In this document: positions 54,701-64,000 of the stretch, piece after piece | How the letters are laid out: each line of letters opens with the position of its first letter | How positions within the stretch are numbered: position 1 is the first letter of the stretch | DNA from: Octopus sinensis | Lineage: Eukaryota | NCBI RefSeq assembly: GCF_006345805.1 | Contig: NC_043013.1 | Span: 30,938,001-31,002,000, forward strand | Length of the DNA: 64,000 nucleotides | Reading direction: 5' to 3' | The notes under the pieces: generated by a model | Told to the model about the DNA's origin: nothing | Seen by the model: only the letters and a program-made list of their open reading frames with translations | The model's database searches: none | Translations under genes and position numbers: made by a program

Positions 54701-54873
54701 TAAACAAAAATACTGTTTCTTCTTGACAATGAGATTTCTCATCAGTCTTTCAGATGGAGGATCAGGAACGAGGTTTGTGCGTGTAAAAATTTTCCACTAA
54801 TTAAACACGAAAAGCCTGTCATATACTTTAACCTTTCTAATTGGTAGTCGCTCGACTATAATTATCCAGTCGC

Positions 54874-54957
<84 letters not shown>

Positions 54958-55982
54958 GGATAGTTAGATACATACGAATATTATATTACTCTTTTGTATC
55001 ATTAGGCCAAGATGTATTCACTCAATAATCAAGAAACCCTATTGTTTTAGATTATTCGTTTCATAATATACCTAGCTTAAAGTGCTGATCATGCCATTGT
55101 TCAAACTTGATAGGGCACCTCACTTATTACTGAACCCTATTGAAACTGTTCTTCTTTCTTCGGTATTGAGGCTAATGAAAATTGCCATTTGTATATATTC
55201 ACAATGTAGATGGGGAGATTGATCTATCTATAATTAAGTATTTCAGTAGAAGAGAAAATCAGTGCTGATTGTTGAATACAAACCATTGTCGTAATGGCTG
55301 TGAAGCTAAGCCATATTATCTCTGAACAATAGTTTTGTTTATTTTAATAAAAGTTGTTTTATATCCAATTATTTCCCCCGGTTATATATTAATTACTAGC
55401 GATGCCACGGTGTTTCGTTTTGCAATCATAATATACTACGAAATATATCACAGCTTTACAAGTCAATATTCTATGATATTATGTATTAGCGGTGTGGCAT
55501 TTTGACTTATTATTTTATTTCTACTACAGATTTTATGTGGAATTCAGAGCGAGCATTGCAACGTAAGACATATCGTAAACAAATACCTCTATGGAAACAA
55601 TGCAATCAAAGAGTGGTCTATCCAACTGTATTACACCTTTGTAGGTATTTAAGCCACGTGTTTGTGGATAGTTGATGGGTTGGATGTGGAGCTGAAGAAT
55701 GGTCAATAATCTTTGAAATATGCATGTACATCCATTGCCTATTTATTCTATCTTCATCGCATTTTCCACAAGGTATTTGTTTATAAGACGACGTAACTTG
55801 TAGTAGTAGCTGTTGACTAACTAGAAAATCTATAAAAATAAGCTTAAACCGAAGTGGAAATATCGCTCTGATAACGCATGGTAAGTGAGTATCGACATGT
55901 ATACCTCTAATATACATTGTAGTACATTATGGTTACGAAACGAAATGCAGACTCATTTAACCAATTGTACTACACTGCTAGT

Positions 55983-56152
55983 GGAGGCGCAATGGCCCAG
56001 TGGTTAGTGCAGCGGACTCGCGGTCGGAGGATCGCGGTTTCGATAACCAGACCGTGCGTTGTGTGTGTTTATTGAGCGAAAACACCTAAAAGCCCCACGA
56101 GGCTCCGACAGGGAGTGATGGCGACCCCTGTTGTACTCTTTTACCACAACGT

Positions 56153-56212
<60 letters not shown>

Positions 56213-56332
56213 GTTTCTTGAGTAACGCTGCGATGGACTGTCGTCCCGTCCAGCTGGGGGGAGCACATACGCCACAGAAACTGGGAAACCGGGCCTATGA
56301 GCCTGGCTAGGCTTGAAAAGGGCGACGTTTAT
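55983..56332 (+). mobile_element. SINE family C with internal (CT)n expansion
   Basis: ggaggcgcaatggcccagtggttag..ggcttgaaaagggcg. Confidence 0.88.
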
Positions 56333-57115
56333 CAGGTATCATACTGCTAAATTTAGTGGATATTTAAAAGTAATGTGTTTGTGGATAGCTGTTGGGTTAT
56401 ATGCGATGCTGATGAAAGAGCAATAACCATCTAAATGTACGGATACGCCGATTACATATATTTTCTATATTTGCCAACGTTGTTTCCATATGTGTATTTC
56501 ATTACAAACTGTAGTATGATGCAGTGGTGGCTCTGAATTCTGTAGGACGCAAATAAATTTTAAAATTTATCTTATTATTGCAAAGTGGCTGTCGGTGTTG
56601 TGACAAATTTAGAAGCTAAAAACATAAGCATCGTACATTAGAGTTTTAACATATACTTCATTCTAGAGAATATAAGTTAAGTACCATACTCATATTCTCT
56701 TGAAATTCAGAGAATTATTGATTGAATTAGAAAAAGCCAATTCATTTTATTTGTGTTTGACGAGTAATTATACTATCAGGCACAACAAAAGCTGCACAGC
56801 GTAAGTAGAAAATGTTCTGGTTGCATTTGTTTACGTTAATCTGTTATTTTTAATTTCTTTGCATTTGAATTTTGTGTAAATTATTTATATTTTTTACAAA
56901 CAATCTGTATATGAATGTTCAATTACCGTATTTTCTTCTTTTAGAAGTACTTGCGGGTATCTATCTATCTCTCTATCTATCTATCATTCTGGGAAACTCT
57001 ATACATATAGAGAGTAAAACTTTATTCTTCTTCTACAAGAATGTTGCTGAGAGTGACTTTTAAGTACTAAATCTGATGCATGGCAGCCCGGTGAGGGCTT
57101 AATTATCTGAATTTA

Positions 57116-57166
<51 letters not shown>

Positions 57167-57360
57167 GAGTGTATTTTAACCTTGTTAACAATTAACACGG
57201 AAAAAATAAATATATAGTCACCAGGGTAGCAAAAATCACACAAGTAAAGATCTTGTAACTCCTTGTTTATAAAGGTAGAAACTTCGTGTTTACGTTGAAT
57301 ATTTTGAATAATATATGAATAAATTAATGGAGTTTAACGCAGGTGTAATCAAATATTTTT

Positions 57361-57446
57361 ACTTTCGACACATGTTTCGAAAATTCCACTGATACTATTC
57401 AAAAGAATAAATGGTATAAACAATGCAATCTTCTCCCCAGGAAAGT
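57361..57446 (-). ncRNA. Type I hammerhead ribozyme, left-arm copy (A6G core mutation)
   Basis: ACTTTC-CTGGGGA-GAAGATTGCATTG..CAGTGGAATTTTC-GAAA-CATGT-GTC-GAAAGT. Confidence 0.75.
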
Positions 57447-57628
57447 GAAAAAAGCGAAACTTGTCAATAAGACATTTTAGCAAAAAATTATGGATTTGTA
57501 TAGCGATAGACAGAACGCTATTAATATTGTTTAAAAAAACGTTATATGATATAACGTCATAAGTAGCTAACAAAAAGAGTAGGAATACCAATAGTGAATG
57601 TTAAATACATAGGAAATTAAAGTTTAAA

Positions 57629-57768
57629 TTATATATAATTTAAACTTTAATTTCCTTTATATATAATTTAAACTTTAATTTCCTGTATATATAATTTAAA
57701 CTTTAATTTCCTTTATATATAATTTAAACTTTAATTTCCTGTATATATAATTTAAACTTTAATTTCCT
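57629..57768 (+). repeat. Five tandem 28-bp units (T/G)TATATATAATTTAAACTTTAATTTCCT
   Basis: Units start at 57629, 57657, 57685, 57713 and 57741; first base T,T,G,T,G. Confidence 0.93.
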
Positions 57769-57932
57769 TTATATTTAACATTCACTATTGGTATTCCTAT
57801 TTTTTTTGTTAGCTACTTATGACGTTATATCATATAACGTTTTTTTAAACAATATTAAAAGCGTTCTGTCTACCGCTATACAAATCCATCATTTTTTGCT
57901 AAAATGTCTTATTGACAAGTTTCGCTTTTTTC

Positions 57933-58018
57933 ACTTTCTTGAGGAGAAGATTCCATTGTTTATACCATTTATACTTTTGAATAGTATCAGTGGAATATTC
58001 GAAACATGTGTCGAAAGT
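57933..58018 (+). ncRNA. Type I hammerhead ribozyme, right-arm copy (C3U core mutation)
   Basis: ACTTTC-TTGAGGA-GAAGATTCCATTG..CAGTGGAATATTC-GAAA-CATGT-GTC-GAAAGT. Confidence 0.75.
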
Positions 58019-58112
58019 AAAAATATTTGATTACACCTGCGTTAAACTCCATTAATTTATTCATATATATATATATATATTAATGTAATATGTGACAATT
58101 ATTCAGCAGTCA

Positions 58113-58175
58113 AGATAAAACTCCGAGTTTCAGATGCCGAGGTGGAAATCCACGCCAACATCTCTTCAGCTATCT
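58113..58175 (-). ncRNA. Type I hammerhead-like motif (family H2) in a pLTR-like remnant (~58082-58290)
   Basis: AGATAG-CTGAAGA-GATGTTG-gc-GTGG-attt-CCAC-ct-CGGCATC-T-GAAA-CTC-G-GA-GTT-TTATCT. Confidence 0.75.
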
Positions 58176-58517
58176 GGCCATCGAAAAAAGTTATGAAAAG
58201 TGACCGTTATACAAAGGGAAATTACTGTGGTATTGACCGCTATTTAGACAAAAGAGCTATTCGAATGACCGCTAATTAAGGTACAGGTGTAAGACGTTCA
58301 TAGTATTCGAGTAAGCGCGCCTGTTCATACATGCACACATGTGGGCCCGCACACCCACGTGCGTAAGCATATATTCATCACACTCACTAGAAAAACGTAC
58401 GCATCTTAACTCGCATTGTTCTTCAAATGTATATGGATATACATAAAAAAAAACACACACACACGCGCACCGAAAAAGTACATACATACGTCTACATACG
58501 GGCAAGCACAAGGAAAA

Positions 58518-58830
58518 CTTTGTAAGTCTAGTACTTATTTAATCGGTTTCTTGTGCTGTAACGCTAAGTTAGGGGACGTAAACACACAAGCATCGGCTGT
58601 CAAGCGATGTAAAGATGAGAAACACAAACACACGCATATGCAAAAACAAATATATAGGTACATAAAAATGACGGGCTTCTTTCAGTTTCCATCTACCAAA
58701 TGCACTCACAAGGCTTTGGTCGGCCCGAGACTATACTAGAAGACACTTGCCCAAGGTGCCACACAGTGGGACTGAACCCAGAACCGTGTACTTGGTAAGC
58801 AAGCTACTTACGACACAGTCACTCCTGTGC
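58518..58830 (-). mobile_element. SINE family A (tail truncated)
   Basis: gaagacacttgcccaaggtgccac..agtgggactgaaccc. Confidence 0.82.
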
Positions 58831-58831
58831 A

Positions 58832-60100
<1,269 letters not shown>

Positions 60101-60107
60101 TGATATA

Positions 60108-60465
60108 GTCATTTGTACTGCATATATGCGGATACCGTATAATCGAGTAACTCGACCCCGGTTATATATATTGTAAGCCATATATTATCTATCGGTATCT
60201 TTTGCCGAATATATAAGTAATATATAATATATATATCGTTGTCAATAATGTATGGGGACAAATGACATATCATATCATACATATATATATATATATATCT
60301 ACTATATAGATCGATAGCTTTATCAGTTCCGTCTACCAATCCCTCCAAGGCATTTGGTATGGGTGGCTATAGCATATATACTTGCCCATATGGATGCATT
60401 AGGATGGAATATAACCATGTGGTATGTTAGCAAGCTATTTATGTATATAGCCACTCCTGCGCCTG
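60108..60465 (-). mobile_element. Heavily TA-eroded SINE family A
   Basis: Residual tcagttccgtctaccaat, cttgccca, gccactcctgcgcct. Confidence 0.6.
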
Positions 60466-60673
60466 TATATATATGTATGTATATATATATATAGGTATAT
60501 ATATATATGTGTAATATATATATATGTGTATATATATATATGTATATATGTATATATATATATGCATATATATATGTATGTATATATGTATATATATATA
60601 TATGTATATATATACGTGTATATATATATATGTATATATATATGTAAATATGTATGTATATATATATATACAA

Positions 60674-61339
60674 TAAAAATGGTAAATAATTTTCCTGTGG
60701 TTTTTCATGTAACCAACAATTATTTACCGGTAAATTTCGGTATGTAAATACGACAAAATAATTGTCAAGACCTTTGTAAGGTTCAGTATATAGTAAAGAA
60801 AAATAAGTTGGCTAGCAGCAAGCTGTTTCGCCTCATACCGAAGGAATTAGAAATGGCAGTCAAAGACCGTTTTTTTCCATTTCTATAAGTGGAGGTTCCA
60901 AAAACGAAGGCCCTTGCGGCTCACATACACAAAACCGGAGTGGCAAATACACGAATTCAGTCACTTACCGTTAATAGCGAACACGGTGTTTTGGTTTTAA
61001 CATCTGCGCACTTCCCCCCACTATCTGATGTCGCTGGGTCAGAAGTGAGGGCTGGTGGCATTTCATAAAGCTAACGAATATAGCGCTGATGAAGGAATTC
61101 AAACTCACCCTTTTTTTTATATGTTTGTGATCCAGAAACACCGTGTTCGCTATTAACGGTAAGTGACTGAATTCGTGTATTTGCCACTCCGGTTTTGTGT
61201 ATGTGAGCCGCAAGGGCCTTCGTTTTTGGAACCTCCACTTATAGAAATGGAAAAAACGGTCTTTGACTGCCATTTGTAATTCCTTCGGTATGAGGCGAAA
61301 CAGCTTGCTTCTAGCCAACTTATTTTTCTTTACTATATA
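60674..61339. mobile_element. Young fold-back element: ~204-bp inverted arms, 144-bp spacer, one-sided extension
   Basis: Arms 60787-60991 and 61136-61339 differ by 2 substitutions and 1 indel by eye; TA flanks. Confidence 0.85.
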
Positions 61340-62115
61340 TATATATATGTATATATTATGTATACATATATTATATATATATATGTATAATATATGTATA
61401 TATATATGTATATATATAATATATGCATATATATATATATAATGTATATATATATATATATAATATATATATATATCTGTATATATATATGTATATATAT
61501 ATATATTATATGTATATATATGTATATGTATATATATGTATATATATGTATATATATGTATATGTATGTATATGTATATATATATGTATGTATATGTATA
61601 TATATGTATATATATATATAATATGTATTATATATTTTATATATATATATATATATGTTATTATATATGTATATAATGTATATATATATATGTATATATA
61701 TGTATATATATATATATAGTGTATATATATGTATATATGTGTATATGTATATATATGTATATATATGTGTATATGTATATATATGTATATATATTATATA
61801 TATATATATATATATGTATATATTTGTATAAATATATATGTAATATTTTGTATATATAATAATGTATATATTGTATATATATATGTATATATTGTATATA
61901 TATATATATTTATTTGTATATATCTATATGTATATATTTGTATATATATATTGTATATATAGTATATGTTATATTTGTATATATATATAATGATATATAT
62001 GTATATATATATATGCATAATATATATATGTAATATAATATATATATATATATATGTATATATCTATGTATAGATATATATATATGTATATATATGTATA
62101 TATATATATGTATAT
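61340..62115. repeat. Degenerate (TA)n tract
   Basis: Direct reading. Confidence 0.9.
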
Positions 62116-64000
62116 AAATCCTTAAAAATCCTTAAAAATGTTTTAGCCCGAAGGCCGCCGCGCCATGCTGGGGCACCACCGCTGAATGAGCTACACTAGT
62201 TTGTGAATCCACCTCTGATACGTGGCACTTGATCAACAAGGGAGTTCGATGCTGCTGCCCGCATCCGTGTCTCCTGTCGTGAGGTAGGTTCATCTGGGAC
62301 TCCCAACAAGAAGAGATCCAGTTTAGTTTTAAAGAAACCCACCCCACACCATGTAAGTCTCTCAGGCATTTAGGGAGGATTTTAAAGAGCTGTGGTCCTC
62401 TGAAACCCAAGCTGTTGCAGTATCTGGACCTGTATTTTGATGGTGATGTTGGAATCCTTGGCACCACGCAGCGGCGCCCGTTCTGCGGTTGGAGTAACTT
62501 TGAATGCCAAAGTTTGGGACAAGACCCTCCAGGATTTTCCAGATGTATATCACTGCATATCTCTCCCGCCTCCGCTCCAGGGAGAAGAGGTTTAATACCT
62601 TCAGTCTTTCCCAGTAGCTGACATTTTGCATTGAGACGATTTTCTTTGTGTAGCATCTCTGAGTTGCTTCGAGTTCTGCTGTTTGTTTTATATTGTGTGT
62701 GACCAAGTTGGGAGCAGTAGTCCAAGCGGCTGAGGACAAATGTTTTCCATAGGACCATCAGTGTCTCCTTCTCTCTTGTTCTGAAAGTTCGGAGAATCAA
62801 TCCAGCTAGCCGTCTGCATTTTATCACCAGATTAGCAATATGCATTTGGAGATGCATCATTGCTCATGTCAATGCCCAGGTCACGCACTGATTTTGACTC
62901 AGGGATTGCAATTCTTCCTGGGCCAGTGTATCCAGTCTTCACGTCATTTACCTTTGTGTGCCAGTAGCGCAGGGCCTGGAACTTACCTGCATTAAACTGC
63001 ATGTTGTTGTCCTCAGCCCACCTGTATATTGTGTCCAGCTCATGTTGCAGATGCGCAATATTTTCAGGGTTTTGTATTGCGTGGGAGACTTTTGTGTCAT
63101 CTGCATAGCTAGCAAGGGTGGTCATCGTAGCAACTGAAGGCATGTCTGAAAGGGCCACTATGAACATCAGTGGCCCAAGACAGTGCCCTGTGGGACACCG
63201 CTTGTTATTTGCGTTTCCCTGGAGGTGGCTCCATTGCTCACAACTGCCTGTTTTCTGTCTTTTAGGAAGTTGTGCAGCCACTCTCCAAGTTTCCCGCCTA
63301 TGCCGAGACCACGCAGTTTGTGACAGATCATACCATGGTCGACTTTATCAAAGGCTTTTGCAAAGTCAAGATATATTACATCCACATTTGAGCCATTTAG
63401 TAGCTGTTTCAACACCCAGTCATAGTGTTGCAGGAGCTGTGTTAGGCAGCCTCTACCTGGTCGAAATCCATGCTGGGTGTCAGACAGTAAGTCATTTTCT
63501 TCAAGGAACATGATTAGTTTCTTACGGACTATTCGTTCCATGACTTTGCTGATGTGTGAGGTCAGAGAGATAGGCCTATAATTTTTAGCATCTGCTCTGC
63601 TACCTCCCTTATGGATAGGGCATATTACCCCCTCTTTCAGTTTGACTGGGACCTTACCACTTGCAAGAAAGCTCTGAAAAAGAAGCTGTAGCGGTTTTGC
63701 AACGGCTCGTTTGCACGATTTGAGAAGGATCGCTGGGAATCCATCAGGTCCAGCAGCTGAGTTTGTGTCAATCTCATCAATGGCTAGTGTGATATCATCT
63801 TCTTCGATGTTGATGTTCTCAATTTTTGTCTCTTTGGCCGCTGGTAAAGTGGCAAAGAATTCTTCTGGGTTGTTTACTTGCCTGTGTCCTAGAGGTGTAG
63901 TGAACACACTTTGGAACTGTTCGTTCAGTATTTCACTTATCCTCGTGGGATTTCCTGTGAGAGAGCCATCTTTTTGGAAGAGAGGTCCTATTCTCTGGTG
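62116..64000 (-). mobile_element. CR1-group LINE, RT domain to 3' tail, frameshifted; continues beyond the window
   Basis: AAGPDGFP, NYRPISLTS, QHGFRPGR, YLDFAKAFDKVDH, SGVPQGTVLG, YADDTK, SLERRRER; AAGGATTT tail. Confidence 0.93.

Larger units (their letters stand above)
57160..58068. mobile_element. Large fold-back Penelope-type pLTR element with two hammerheads and an apical tandem repeat
   Basis: Arms 57311-57633 and 57634-58068 (the latter includes 4 extra 28-bp units); unpaired extension 57160-57310; (TA)n flanks. Confidence 0.85.

Noticed and set aside
57629-57768. 28-bp repeats resembling a CRISPR array
   Set aside because: Head-to-tail with no spacers, eukaryotic context and no cas genes.
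57349-58030. Twin 80-aa ORFs on opposite strands
   Set aside because: By-product of the inverted repeat; non-ATG starts and no domain.

Overview
An AT-rich, microsatellite-saturated eukaryotic window with no credible host protein-coding gene; it reads as intergenic or deep-intronic DNA. The SINE families and repeat landscape look like those of an octopus or coleoid cephalopod (recognition, not a database result). Most of the supplied ORFs are translations of (TA)n, (TAA)n, (CA)n and (TATC)n repeats. The real content is mobile DNA: a Dong/R4-type RLE LINE, two CR1-group LINE copies, Tx1/L1 pieces including an ORF1-only element with a 15-bp TSD, a Gypsy gag remnant, a full-length but frameshifted Tc1 with long IR/DR ends, mariner/maT remnants, a HINE-like element, a TTAGGG-bearing MITE and about five tRNA-derived SINE families. 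The most striking signal is Penelope-like (Naiad-type) material. This comprises two coding relics, one with Asn-rich inserts and one apparently with two tandem GIY-YIG domains, plus about ten hammerhead or hammerhead-like motifs from several sequence families. Most of these motifs lie in short non-coding elements embedded in (TA)n, and many form fold-back inverted repeats. In one fold-back the two arms carry complementary core mutations that reconstruct a canonical hammerhead, and its apex holds reiterated 28-bp units. All alignments and folds were done by eye, so boundaries are approximate.
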